From NCBI GenBank assembly GCA_043228905.1, contig JBHGNT010000003.1, positions 9,052,001 to 9,116,000 of the forward strand: DNA of 64,000 nucleotides, written 5' to 3'. Of this stretch, positions 39,284-53,594 are shown one piece after another. Source of the DNA: Azolla caroliniana. Its lineage: Eukaryota; Plantae; Polypodiophyta. Positions within the stretch are counted from its first letter, which is position 1. Every line of letters begins with the position of its first letter. Made by a program: the position numbers and the translations under genes. Under the pieces are notes generated by a model. It was not told the origin of the DNA. It saw nothing but the letters and a program-made list of their open reading frames with translations, and ran no database searches.

Positions 39284-42200
39284 TATCATCATCATCAAAA
39301 GTGACCTAATCCATCTTCACAACTTGACATAGATTGTTAAGGCTAGTAAATCTCATAATGGACATATATTAAAGGCTATTTTCACAATTGATAAATGAAA
39401 TCAACAAACAAACAAACAAACAAAAAATGGTTGGGATTGGCATCTAGGGAGCCAAACAAATCTATCCCTTTTAATGGCGAGGCGAGGCGAGACTAGCTAG
39501 CGAATCTGTCGGATTCAAATTCAATGAGATACAACGAGACTAGCGAATCTGTCGATTCCAATTCGATGAGATGCAACGAGGTGCGGCACAATCAGGGCAA
39601 GGCAATCGATCCAACCCATCTTGATCCCAAGGTGTACATAGATTAGCATAAGAGAAACTACTACAACTTTCTTTTCCCCCATTGTTTTTCCTTTTTGTCA
39701 TTTCAAATGACCTTGGAGTTGGGTTCTCTATCTTTGTCTTAGATGAAACCTTCCTTGTACATCTCTAATCGCAAAGTATTCCAATGTATATATCATGCAA
39801 TAACTAATTATTGAAAGTCTATGAATGCTTTTATGTGAGTTCCTGTGGTAATTAGCACTCTATATGGTTTGGGTCGACTCTATAATGTTTACCTATCTCG
39901 TCCAAATCTTTCCCTGCACAAGTGATTGATTGAATATTGTTTCGTAGACAATTTTTGGCTTAATTGATTTTCATTGACAATTCGCGGTGGTTGCATCCCT
40001 CAAATCTCCCATATTATGTGCCAAATCGATCAAATTTCCTTGCATACGATTTGATTGAATACCCCCTTGGACTCGAGGAACATTTGGTTGCATCCCTTGA
40101 TATCACTTGGTCGTGTACCTCAAATATCCCTTGGTCACATCCCTCCGATTTCCCTTATAGAATTGGACACATCCCTCAAATTTCCCATACATGGATAGTT
40201 AAATACAATGCTTAGTGGCATCCCTTGAATTTCCGTTACAAACCATTTGGTTGCAAAATTCCCATCACATCCCTCTTGTGTATGGTTGCATATTTCAATG
40301 CTTCAACATTAAAAACATGTTGGACGAGGGGGCTTGAGCACATAGTATATTTAGGTTCTTGAGATGGTAGTACAATTTTTGTGGAATGATTTTCCTAGTA
40401 GTAACCCAAACTAAATCATGTTAGCGTTGTTTTTCTTCAACTTCATAGATGAAGCTTTGACGAAGTACATCAATTGTTGAGCTAAACTTTTGTTTTTCCT
40501 ATGTCACTAATAGGATGTATGAAGACTCTGTGGTGCGCCCAATTTGCATACAATCTCTTGGGACTACTTTATAATATTTTGAGTTGTACAATATTAAAGA
40601 GCATTTTGTCCCGTGTTTGGTCCTAATCGCATGATCATTCTTTAAGTCTAACAATATTTTAAGTGTGTAATACACTCACTTCCATAGGATGAGTATGCAA
40701 GAAGCAACAAATATTATGGATGAGACATCGAATTCATGAAGGAGGTTTTCAAGTTGTCCATTTGGAAGGCATTCATTCCCATTTCAATCGTTAATATCAT
40801 TTTATCAACATAGTTGCTTCTTTTTTCTTAATGGAGATTTGAAATGTCTAAATGGCATTCTTTCAGTCTCATGCTCAATCTACACTTAAGGACTCTCTAG
40901 TGATGTTCCCATTGTTGAAAGAGGAAATCTTAAAAGAATATGACCCATCTTAAGAGTAACATGAAATATACCCTTATTGGTTTTAAAGACAACATATCTA
41001 CCCTTGTGTAGAAACGATAATGGTGAGTCTAAAAAGGTTGATGAGGGTCTTTGCAATATTGTGTTCTTTGAATAACATATATCATTTCTACAAAAAGAAA
41101 AGAAAAGAGGGATAACACAATGTTTATAGAGAGAGAGTGGTATGATTAGAAAGACAGGTGAATCATGCAAGTTGTTAGTTAGGTAGAGAAGTGAATTTTG
41201 ACTAGGGACGACATATTGAACACTAATTACAGGCCTTTTCACTCTAAGGGGTAGAATTGATAATTTCAAGATTGTCAAGGGGAATTTCTTTGTGGTTCTT
41301 GGGCATTGGCACACTTTAAAATGCATCAATCTTACTCTATGGCATTGCGGGGTCGAGGATGCCTCTTCAACATTAACTTTAATTAAGATGCTACAAGATA
41401 ATAACTTGGCTTGTTATGATTTTTAAAGGCTTAGTCAAACAAGAACATGCTTGCCAATAAACTAGGCTTTATTGGAGTTGTGATTACAAAATACTATTAA
41501 AGCATTGGCTAGCCTTGCTCCCAATTGTAAGTCAGTCAAGCATGATAAGACTTCTCCCTATGAATTTGATAAAGGTTTTGCAAAGCCGTGGGCCGAAAGC
41601 TCCATGAACCCGATAATGTTTGACATGTAGTGTGAACGTTTGGGATAATGGGGTTCAAAGCCTAAATTTGAGTGGATAGAATTTGGTAGATAGCGGTGGT
41701 GGAGACCGTAGAATCCAGATCATCAATAAAGAATTTATTTTGTAGCCATATTGATATGCAAAAATGATTGGCAAAGAAATAAAAATGCTTAGCAACTTGT
41801 GGGGGAGCAAGAGAGATGGTAAAAATGTAAATTTATTATGTCTATTGATCATGAATCCACCTAGGCATGCCTTATCAGGATTTAGGATCTTAACTGGACC
41901 CACTTTCAATAAATCAAATCAGTCCCATGTATTGGAAAAGTCCGAAATAAGTTAAGCCATTTGTCCATTAGTGGAGCAACAAAATATAGGAAATATGGAT
42001 TTATTAAGAACTTATGGTTCCGATGTTAGATATAGTTGGTGTCTACTAATTAGGGACATTTACTATTGATGGAAAATTAGGAAATATGCTCTAGTGGAGA
42101 GCAATCAAGAATCTTCATTAGGCCATTATATTAGGATCTTTTGCTTTTTCATAAGCATAAGATTAGTTTTGGTTTATCAACGTAATAAGCTATAATCAAG

Positions 42201-45200
42201 TGCCCTTATTATACGTTTTCATAACAAAGACATCGTAGAAAAGTTGACTCTTATGTACATAGAAATGCAACATTATACATAGTGTGGAACAAATGTATGG
42301 CAAATTCCACCTACCCTAAGAACCACAAACGCAACATTGTACATGCCTACCATGCTTGAGGATATAACATTTACACTTATGGTTAATCCTACATAAAATT
42401 ATATCCGCATAGTGAGATTGTTAAACGTAAATCCCAATTTAGCTACGGTAATTGCTAAACCTGTACATACAATTCTAAAGTCAAAGGTCCATCTATCTTG
42501 TTTGGTTCGTCACTCAAAAAATGTCAAATTAAAAACTTCATCTATTTTGTTGTCCACAAAAAGTCAGATCCCATTTGCATAAGGATATGTAAAGGATGTT
42601 GGAAAATGTCAAATTAATTCATGGTATTTACCAATTAACTTCAATAATCCATTTTGTGTTTTGTGGTAGTCGCAATAAGCAGACATATTATGTTCAATAT
42701 GGTACTTAAAAATATAACTTTTGACTTGTTGAGGTGATAAAAATGGGCATCCCAATTTGCTTTGCTAGCCCAAATATTTACATTTTTTAGGGAAATCCTT
42801 CCGATTTCTCTGTAGGATTGATCAACACATGCCATTCTCTTCAAGAATGTTACTTCATCCAAGCCAAGCAAACAAGTTGACAAAAAACCTCCATTTGCCT
42901 AACCATTTCTCAAGGTTGAACGATATATTCATAATATCACCACTTCCATATCTACTTCTAGAAAGGGATATAGACGCATGGATTCAAGCCTTTAGTTTGT
43001 TTTTCAACCTAACACATTGAATACTTGTCACCAAATTAATGAGTAAGGGTTATGCAGTTACTTTCTGTTATGATTTATGCAAGAATTTAAAAAGGGGTAG
43101 GTACTTCCTTCTACACTTATCAAGTACATTTATATTTTAAGTTATATTCCATGCCTAGGAATTTTGTCTAACACGAATGAACTTTTAAAGATATCTAATG
43201 GAATAAAACTAGTTTTTGAACTCGGCCACAAACAAACTCATACACCTAGTATAAATGTCAAGCTAAAAATCGCATACATCAATTCGTTTAAATAGATATT
43301 AACCTAACCTAATATGCATACACACTAGATTCTAGACCTTTGACGACTTGTACAAAAACCACCTAGTTATGTATTTTTAACGATATACTGCTCAAGGTTA
43401 TCAATTAATTGCCTGATGTGGCATGAAACTATTTTCCAGCTGTTAGGATTTAAGACTTTACTCCCTTAATGGAACACCACATCGATAAAGACATGCCTTG
43501 AGTACAACAGATACATATACCCTAAATTTTAATTGAATGTACCATTCGGTCTATTTACTCCTATTGGATTGATAAAGTCGGAACTACTTCTACGGGCTAC
43601 CACATGTGGATGTAACTATGTAGTGCCACCATAAATTTGGATTTATTTGTACTTCCTTGAGTTACGATAATGTAAAAAAACAAGAGCCTTTGGTAAAGAA
43701 AATTAAATGTGGAGCTTAGTCCCAAACATTTCTTTACTTGGTTTCCAATGTTCATTGGAATGTTGAGTTCAAATGGCTAAACATTGCACTATAATATTGG
43801 TAGTTCTTCATAAAACATAGTCTTTTCTTTGCGTCAATCGGCAACAAAAAAAACAACGTACACCAATGAATTGAGGAAGGAAAAAGTGATAGACAGAGAG
43901 AATATGTTATGTTATTTTCTATATTAAATTGTCATTACAGGTCATTGAGACCCCTACAACCTTGATATATGGTACTGCAATGTAATTTGGATCGTATTTT
44001 GCAAATTCGCATTTTTATTGCACATTTGGGTGCCTTTCTTTCATACTTTGTTAGAAGAAAATATAATACATTAAGTTGGAGGGTTTGAAATCTAAATCCT
44101 TATCAAGTGTCCAAAACAAGTTGGGATATCACGAATTACATATAAAATTGGAATTCAATTGTCTTCATTTATCATTATCCACCACTTCTAACTAAATATG
44201 GTTAGAAAAGGATGCATCATCCAAAATAAAAGATCTTATTAGATTCAAATTTTCATACTACCCCCATTAGTTTCAACAAAGTCTTTGCATTCATATATTC
44301 CATGTGAAAAATATACAAAATGATCCAATGGTGGGTTGCAAGGTCTACATTCATTAGTCTATTCGTATTGAAAAAAGCTACTACCATCCAAAGTTTCCAT
44401 TGTCGTGTATTTGCATGTTCATATATATCATCAATAACATGGAGGTATCCTACAAAAGATTAATCAAGAAAAATATCAAATCACAATGTATGCACATTGT
44501 ATAATAAGCATTATATAACTTGAAAAGGACAATGGTATTGTGAAAGAAAATGCTAACACATGACTTATATCATATGGTATTTAGGGAATCACAACGAAGT
44601 ACGTTTGAAGGTTTGTTAAGATAGCATGCATTTGATGGATGACTTATGTGGCAAGCCTATTTTGCTCTCAATGGATGTTCTAGAAGCTTGCTATCTATGC
44701 TTGACTTGTTTCACTATATTGCAAGTTATTTTACAGCCACTAGACATATTAAATTTAAACTGATATTATAGTATGCCTACAATTGTGTTGTGTAAGCATA
44801 TGAATCTAAGCATAGATAAAATAATATACACGTATAATTCTCACTCCCAACCATTGACTTTAGAGACCCATTTCATGCCAATAATAATATAGTATTCCTT
44901 GATCTTCTAGGCCCTTGTACTTATTTAGGCTTTTTGGTTTCATTTGTGAACCCTATGTCAATCACGACCTCTCCCTATCATCTACCATTGTATACTGATG
45001 CTATAACGGTAGTATTGACTTCACAACGATGCAATCAGTTTCCATTAAAATGTCATATCCAAATTTGTTCACAACAATGACAAGTATTCCCACCTTGGCT
45101 AAGGATTGCCACAACATTGTTTGGATCCTTAATAATCAAATATCCATAGCAAATGTTGCTTAACCACCTTGTACCTCATCCCCCAATAAAAGGATTGTCC

Positions 45201-46252
45201 ATTGTTTTTCCAATTGTAGGTCATAGGCTATGTACTGTTACTTAGCATCATTCCACATATACTTGCATATGAAGACTTGAGTTATTCCCTATAATGTGGT
45301 GGGAGAAGGAGATATGAAGGCAACAACATTTAAATGTAGATAATGAAAGAATCAAAAGTTATTCATGACAAAAACATATCACAACCAACACAAAGGAAAA
45401 AACCTATGCAATAGCAGTAAAAGTTCAAGCCAATGGTGTTAATGTATGGTGGTTAGTTGCTCAATGATGCACAAGCCATGGCCTTAAAATATTGGACAAT
45501 CCCATTAGATAGTTCTATATCCAGATTTACTAATTGGAAATACACTTCTATGACCGTTAACTAATAATTGACTACATGCTATTTGTCTTACAAATGCAAC
45601 TCCTGACAATGATTTCTATGACCTTTCTTTTCTAGCAAGAAGTTGCAACCAAAACCGAGTTCCCAATCCATCACATGAAAGGATACTATGTTGATATGCC
45701 TACATGTTTGAAAGTGTGGCGCTCACATATGCACCTACAATAACTTTACACTTGAAATTGAGTTCAACATTTTTGGGCAGACCAGTCATAGATTCATGAC
45801 ATTGTAAAGCATCCAAGAAACATAGTCGTTGAAATATTGACTAGCTAAATCTATGACAAATTAATCAGAAGATCTTTCGGCGTGACCACCACACAAGATT
45901 ATGCATCAGTTTTTGTTCCAATTGACCGTTACGGACAAAGATGGACACAAGGGCCGTACCATAAACCAATGTTCTCTCGATATTATGAAACTTCTCTCCC
46001 ATGTACCACATCCACACAATGCTTCCCAAACCTTGAATCAACAAACACTTACTCTTGTTGAATCGCCAAGAAAATAGAATAAACAAATACAATGGGGTAA
46101 AATAAATTAATTTTAACAAAGTGGGTTAAAAGAAAAAGATTTCTAGATACCCTAAACTAATTTCCCTCTCATTTTTAACCTTTAATGTAAGAGAATAATC
46201 CCAACCCTAATTTACACAAGCTGCCCTTCATATACATATAGATATATATGCT

Positions 46253-49200
46253 CTACTGAAGTAGCATGGAAAGAAGCAGCATCAGTTGCAGGAGGGGTAG
46301 CAATAGACTGCACCTTGTGATGGAATGCTTGGATCCTAAACACATATATGGCAATGGATATAAGCAACAAGTTATTATCATGGTATTATAAAAGAAAACA
46401 TTCACTAAATTTTGCTTCTTCGCTTCCATCCACATGAAAAAATTAGTTGTTCACTTCCATCCACATGGCAAAGTTAGGTGTTCACTTCAATCCACACATA
46501 AAAGTTAGTTATTCACTTCCATCCACATGCAAAAGTTAGTTTACTCACTTCTACCCATATGAAAAAGCTAGTTTACTCACTTCCATCGACAAGAAAGAGA
46601 GCATCATCATCATCATCATCATCATCAAGAAATGAAATGAAACCTCTTATACACATATTACTTACCATTGACTCCCGAAAGGAGAGGAGCTCCAGGGAGG
46701 GCAGGCAGACTGCTATTGGCTGCAAAAAGTGAAAGTTAGTTATTCATTCATTCCTAAACATTATAAAAGATAATTCTTTATTTATTACATTTCCATGAGC
46801 TTTTGTTTTATTAACACAAATGCATTACACAAAGAGGGTTTAAAGGGAAGGATCCGCCTACTGTTTGTCTATGTCCATATATGAATATCTATTGCACACA
46901 TAAGTATGTCCGAGTATATGCCATATACTCGAGCATTTCAGTGTTTTTCCCTTTATTATGTGCAGATGCATGTATGTGTATACAAAACATACGAAACATG
47001 TATATATGCATCTCTCTGGTATATGTACATATATGGGAGCATATGTATATGTTTATGGATATGTACAAGTACATGTATATGTATGTATATGGATATCTAC
47101 AAGTACATGTATATGTTTATGTTTATGTACATGATGTAATCCAAACGTTAAGAGTTCAAATCCTACCACTCAGCCAGTTAGGCAAAAGAACAAAAGAACA
47201 TTTATATGGTGTAGTAAAAAAAAGAGGCGCAAAAGATAAACTCACATAAAACACAAAGAGAGAAAGAGGATTGCAATGAAGACGAAGGCCAGGGAGCAGC
47301 TATATTGTCATTTAAGTCACAAGTGAAGCTAATGCCGGATGATTTGTCCTCGATCACATCTGATGGGATCGCACGCAATAGGCAACCTGGCAAGGATAGT
47401 GTCAAGTTTTAAATTTTTTTTTCAATGTCTCACAAAATTTCAGCAATTCACTTGTCTCTCATGAGGCTATGAGTAAATATCAACAAAACTGGATTCTGAG
47501 ATCGTAAGACCATCAATTTACCCTTGGAGAAGAAGAATATCATCAATTTATCTTTTGAAACTTAGAAGGATACTTCTCCCAGTTTGACAGAGTAATCCAA
47601 AACCATTTCTCATATATGAATAATACCTTTAACTTGTCGACCAAGCGCATATTTGAATATTCCCATAAACTGGGAACTTCTCATATATCACCCAATACAA
47701 AGTGTTCATTTTCGTTTGACCAAGGACATACTGTTATAATTCCAAAACTTATGTGGGTACTTTGCATATATCAACCAGCATGAAAGAACTTTTTCCTGTT
47801 TTGAACTGAAGGAATACCTTGATATCTTTTAGAGATCTGTATATGCAGTGTCCATATATACACCAATTTTCATTTTTCACCTACAGCTTCATATATCCAC
47901 ACGTGATTCTCATTCCTCACCCAAGATTAGGTTTTCTTGTTGCCATTATCGCACTGATCGTTCAACATTCATGTGGGTGAAAATCATTCATGATGAAACC
48001 ATCCCTCACTCAAAATATGATTTAGTCATACATTTTAGAGTTAATTCTATAATAGTTTTACGCAGAAAACTGCTCATAGTCATTCCTTATCCTATCAAAC
48101 CTCTCATTTTCATAGCGATGCTACATTGGTAGTTATTTCATTTCAACATGTGCTAAAAAATGCCTCGACTATAAGATTAGAAGAAAAACCATGATATATC
48201 CAGAAACTTTACCTTGTTCGCCATGGACTGCTCCCAAGAGAGAGGCACATGCAAAATGGACAAGAAAGAAAGATGAAAAAATTAATCAATCAACCTTTAC
48301 AGAACAGAAGATATGCGGGATAATGTGAGAATCCTAAAGAAACACATCTCTTTCACACACCTTGAAGGCTAAAATCTTTGAGGTCAACTTGACAAAGTTT
48401 GTATAAATTTGTATTTATCCCTTTCTTGATTAGCATGGATCCAAACAATGTCACACAATCTAAAGCTTGCACATTAGTGATTAGCATCTGTTTCTGGAGG
48501 TTCGAGATGTAGCTGTACAATGACATGCAGCATGTAGCATTAGATGGTGATGATCCAGAGCATACTTCTACAACAGAAGATGGATCCTTGAACACTAGAG
48601 GGCAAGCTGCAGAACATAGAAACAAACAAAAAGAATATGTCAATCGACCATTTTAGGCATATGTAATGCACCTTGGAACCATTCCAAGTTAGAATGTTTA
48701 GTAAGATTTCTACACATCTGTCAAAGTATCGACTGTGTGCTTCACCATACGAATTTTTTGTGCAATGAAATACATCCATACTTCGAATTGAAGAGAAATG
48801 AAGAATATTCAAGATTCTAGGCTCAATTATATATCTAGATGCAGTCAGGACACCCTAAAGAAACAAATGACACATAAGGTCACCATCAGGAGGATACAAA
48901 CCTAGTATGGGCTTCATATTACTAGGTCTCAGTCACATTGAAAGTAGGAGGACTTTCTAGCACACGGCATAGATTTGTTTGTTTGCAAGGTAAACTTCTT
49001 AAAAACCTTCACTAACATGACTTTTTACAAACTCACGGAAGGATACCTCATGTAAAAAAGAATTACAACTGTCCATCCTAACAATAATTACCAAAAATGT
49101 GTTTTGCAAGTGTAAGCTCGTAAAAATATTCTAGAACTGTTATGGGCATGCAATAACAAAGCTTCTTTGAAGGACAAATTTTACATCTCAGTCACAATGG

Positions 49201-51618
49201 GTGCAGTTTTCTGTACAGTCATTTGCTCCGAATTACAAAAGCACAATAACTACAGAGGTGTTCATGCAACAGGGGTCCTCAACTTGAACCCTAGTCCTGT
49301 ATGGTAAACCCTATCCTGGGCATCTGCAATATTTTCCTTGTCCACTATGAAAAGAGTGGAGTAGAATTCCAATGCAAAAGGTTTCCAAGAAACAAGAGCT
49401 TACCTTTATTAACTTTGCAACTGTAAAGATTGCGGAAGACTGAATTCGCTGCTTCTGCTCCAAGTTGACTAGCTAACCAAGAATGCACCACACCTTGGCA
49501 ATCATCTACTACTTTCTGTTCATGTGCTGCTACATTGCCATTTTCTTCAAGAGAGCTCAGCTCAGTTGACGCAAGCTCTACTGCTGCCGCATTGATCGCC
49601 TCTCCACAAATCGGTTTACAACATTCTTTCAATGGATTGATCGATGTGCAAGCATTGAGCAAATCACTTGTATTCACTATTTTCTCAAGATCTGCCACAT
49701 CTGATACTGGACATAAACCCCCACTCAAATGGTCAGCTTTGATAGAACATAGCTCTGGTAATGTGTCATTGGCTCCTAGGTCTTTGAGAAACCCTGTGGC
49801 TTCTTCAAAACAAGCCTTTGATTCGGTCTTGTTTAGCACTAGAGATCCAGTAAATGTGCTTAGGGTTCCTTGCAGTATCTTCATCATGCTTCCAAACTGA
49901 GGACAACAGATGACATTGCCAACAAATTTAGCAAGAGGGCCCATACAATCAACTGCCGTCTTCTCGATGACATCGTTCAAAGATGTTGGGTCAGTGCCAC
50001 ATATTCCTGGTAAGGCAAACAGAAATCAGTAAAAGAGGCATAGTGTGTTTGCTAGTATATAACACTATATATAAATAGGCATTCATATGCCATACATAAA
50101 CATTCATGTATAGCTACAAAAATACACACAAGAAAGTTTTGGACATTTTCACAAGTGGAAAGGATCTACATTCCCTCATGTTTCCCTACAATATTCAACA
50201 TTATGAGCCTCTCTCGATGGGGCAAAGCATCACTTAGCTATCTATTGGTGGGGGCAGGGGACCTACTGGTCATCCCTATTTTCACACATGATCCCTTACA
50301 TGTGTTTGATTCAACATTCTCAATTGTGACAAATTTCTTATGGTGGCCAACATTAGAAAAGGCAAGCACACCTAGCTGAACACAGAGTACAGTTATAACA
50401 TTGCACTGTCTGAGAAACAGAAGGCCCATTTTCCTACATATTTCCCATTGAGTCAGTCGCCACATTTTTTGCATAGGCAAAGAGCCCATTTTTCTTCCAT
50501 GTTTTACCTGGAAATGTTCAACATTATGAGCTTCCACGAGGATAAACTGCATCCTTAAATTTTCCCAAATGGGATAGAGCCCAATTGCTTCAAAATTGTG
50601 AGCTTCTCCCAGCCTCTCACTAACTGCTGCGCATGGCTAGATATGTATACTGCATTTTTCACACCATATTTATCATATTATATGAAATACTTCTTAGGAT
50701 ACCGTGAAATATACTGTGCATGAACAGTATCATAAGCTTTGAATTTTTCCCTAATGGTTGCTTATCATACCCAAGATGTGCTAAGGGTTTCCCGTGCACA
50801 TATCCTTCAGATGCACATAATTCTAGGCCCTACTGAAATATGGGAATCATAGTCAAGATTTTCTAAGGATGTTAAATCCTAATTCACAAAATTCCTGAGG
50901 TTTCTTGAGTCTCTAGGCATTCTCAAAACTCCTACACCTCCATGATGACTTGCCATATGTATATTCCCACCGATATACATATACATACACATGTACACAT
51001 AAACACAGACACACACACATGCACGGACACAGACACATACATACAAATGCACACACACACACACACACACACAAATGTGCATACAGATGTACATCGACAT
51101 ATAAATGCACATATGGACACATATACACATACAAATGCACATATGGACACACATACACATACAAATGCACATATGGACACATATTCACAGACAAATGAGC
51201 ATTCGGATACACATACACATAGAATAGATACACCTATATATGCATAAAGTAGAAAGGTGTGAGCATAAATGCTCTTACCATAACCAGGTTGTGAAACAGG
51301 GCCATTCGGAACCACAGGGTAGAGTGGAGAAGAAGGAAGAAGAGGTACCAATGATTCTGGGGCGCCACCAGCTGGCACGAATGCAGAAGAAGGAGCTTCA
51401 ACTGGACTATCAAAACGACTTTCATTACTATCGACATACACATAGGAAGGCGCTGGACTCAGCAGCTTCTCATCGTATACATTTTGAGCTCCCATAACTG
51501 TAGATCTCAAGAAGAAGAAGAAGAAGGAGAAGAAGAAGAAAAATAAGAAATGCATCTCTGATGGTGACCGAGATGATGATGGTACTGATAAACCCACAAT
51601 AGAGGAGCTCAAAACCAT
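46253..51618 (-). CDS. SPARK-domain GPI-anchored protein (At1g61900-like), 7 exons, about 493 aa
   Basis: Exons 51618-51279, 50006-49404, 48606-48361, 48227-48213, 47386-47246, 46719-46666, 46335-46253, all joined by phase-1 GT-AG introns. Cys-rich motifs TAVDCMGPLAKFVGNVICCPQF, CKVNKACPLVF, LKDFSLQ, GCLLR and GISFTCDLNDNIAAPWP; hydrophobic N-terminal segment and hydrophobic C-terminal tail. The true start may be the downstream ATG at 51555. Confidence 0.88.
46420..46592. repeat. Minisatellite of about 31 bp, 5-6 copies, in the last intron of the SPARK gene
   Basis: TTCACTTCCATCCACATG.AAAAGTTAGTT units. Confidence 0.85.
50955..51240. repeat. CA/ACAT microsatellite with 30-bp higher-order units
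   Basis: ACATACAAATGCACATATGGACAC units in intron 1 of the SPARK gene. Confidence 0.8.
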
Positions 51619-51876
51619 AGCCAGATCATTGCTTGGTGCGCAACTGAAGACAGAAGAATGTGCATTTTGGAAGCGACAGACAGATTTCCATGAGCTACAT
51701 AATGCAATCCTTCATCATCATCTTCTTCTCCTCCTCCTCCTCTTTTTCTTTATCTTTCCTCCTCTGTTTCCTGCTTCTTTCCTCCTCTGTTCCTACAGCT
51801 TCTTTTCTGCTCTGTTTCTTTTCTGTTAGCTTTAGGTGGGCTCTGTTTCGGCCTTAATTGCTGGGTAGTGTGAGAA

Positions 51877-51924
<48 letters not shown>

Positions 51925-51938
51925 TGTGTGTGTGTGTG

Positions 51939-51972
<34 letters not shown>
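51877..51972. repeat. Compound (TG)n/(GA)n microsatellite upstream of the SPARK gene
   Basis: Read directly from the sequence. Confidence 0.9.
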
Positions 51973-51976
<4 letters not shown>

Positions 51977-52155
51977 AAGAGGCGCGGCCGAGTTAAAGAG
52001 TTTTTACTCTGTTTTTCTTCCTTTTTGCTTTTGGTTGCTTTTTTCATGTTAATTCTTTTAAAGAGTGGATAGGATAGATAGGTAGATAGATATATATGTA
52101 TATGTATACATACACACATATATGTATGTATGTACATGCCTCTAGTTTCTCTCGT

Positions 52156-52268
52156 TACCTGGTTGATCCTGCCACTAGTCATATGCTTGTCTCAAAGATT
52201 AAGCCATGCATGTGTAAGTATAAACTCTTTTGTACCATGAAACTGCGAATGGCTCATTAAATCAGTTA
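52156..52268 (+). pseudogene. 18S rRNA 5'-end fragment (113 bp)
   Basis: TACCTGGTTGATCCTGCCACTAGTCATATGCTTGTCTCAAAGATTAAGCCATGCATGTGTAAGTATAAACTC...GAAACTGCGAATGGCTCATTAAATCAGTTA; similarity stops abruptly after 52268. Confidence 0.95.
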
Positions 52269-52306
52269 AATCAAATCTCTCTCTGTGATTTTCCCTATGT
52301 TTGTCT

Positions 52307-52450
52307 CCATGTATCTATCTGATCTCCTTCAGAAGAACAAGCTCCATATCCATGTATCTATCTGATCTCCTTCAGAAGAACAACCTCCATATCCATGTAT
52401 CTATTTGATCTCCTCCAGAATAACAAGCTCCATGTATCCAATCTCCTTCG
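52307..52450. repeat. 43-bp tandem repeat, about 3 copies
   Basis: CCATGTATCTATCTGATCTCCTTCAGAAGAACAAGCTCCATAT units. Confidence 0.85.
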
Positions 52451-53594
52451 CAATAAATAACAAATGCCTCCTATGTCGCCTTTGATTCATCATCATCATC
52501 ATCATTAACCCTTCCGGGTATGCTCATTCCGGTGCTTAGAGATTTCTCGCTCGGATGCCTACTTGTGAGGATAATCATTCCTGTGAACCGCCTCCCATCC
52601 CTTATGAACTCGTTGGGGGTGCCTCATGATAGAGTTGATTGGCATGATAACACACTCATCAGTACTAACTTTCCCACACATTGAATGCATGTTTTACCAT
52701 CTCTAGTAACATGCCATGTATCCACTTGCTCGTTGTCCACAACTGGCTTGTGTGCTTGTTGACTCGCTAGATTATGTCCTAGTTATGTATCATCAACTCT
52801 TGACATGTGTCAAAATCACGTGAGAAAATAATTAGGTATATATGCCAAATATTGACGAGGAATGTGATATATAATAAAAACTCAATGATGTAATACCCAA
52901 AATAAGAACGCTATACTAAATCATAAAGGCGACAATACAAGAACTTAGAATCTAAGCTGTCGTGTACTTCAAATTCCTCGTGATCATCATGTCACGAGTC
53001 GAAGAGGAAAAATAACACTAAATTGAAAAAGATAGAAAAAATAAAAGGCAAATGGGAAGAAAAGAATTTGTACTAAGAACAAGGACCAAGTGTGTCGAAG
53101 ATTGGCATTGAACCAATAATGAAAATAATTTCCACATATATTAATGGTGAACTCATGAATGGTTCCACATAGCTATCATGCATGATTGCCACTTTGGTGA
53201 TCATGCATTGTTGAATTGAACAATTCTCACCAACTAGATTTATGGAGAGATTATCGGATGCTCAAGCATTGCCCAATGTACCTAATGGCATGTATCTGTT
53301 AAGAATGGAATATATAAAGTGGAAAAACACATTTAATTATTGCAAGCAAACTCCTTAAAATGTAAAAAATCAACCTAATCGTATTGTTGGTATTGATGAC
53401 ACAATGAATATATTGCTTGAAAGAATTCCAAAGAAGCCTTCACACAATGCCCAAGCCTCACAAAAGCTAGCTTCGTATCAACCATAATTTAAACTCTTCA
53501 TCAGAGAAACATCCAAAGTTCAAGATCATCTATGGTTGTTTGGACGCGTAAAGACTGCTAGGACATGTAACAAGTCCTATTGTTAGATCAATGA

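Noticed and set aside
39985-40292. CRISPR-like repeat-spacer pattern
   Set aside because: Repeats are short and degenerate, spacers are irregular, there are no cas genes, and the context is a plant nucleus.
40300-45800. Possible decayed retroelement coding sequence (also 31600-37200)
   Set aside because: Only faint motif hints; I cannot support boundaries or identity without a homology search.
46420-46592. 31-bp repeats as a CRISPR array
   Set aside because: Head-to-tail units with no unique spacers; an intronic minisatellite.
50879-51247. Cys/Val- and His/Thr-rich ORFs (also 46881-47249)
   Set aside because: Translations of intronic CA/TA microsatellites.
16254-51618. PARG, DnaJ and SPARK genes as a functional cluster
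   Set aside because: Unrelated functions separated by more than 7 kb of repeats; no evidence of co-regulation in the sequence.
52156-52268. Functional rDNA unit
   Set aside because: Only 113 bp; no remainder of 18S, ITS or 5.8S.
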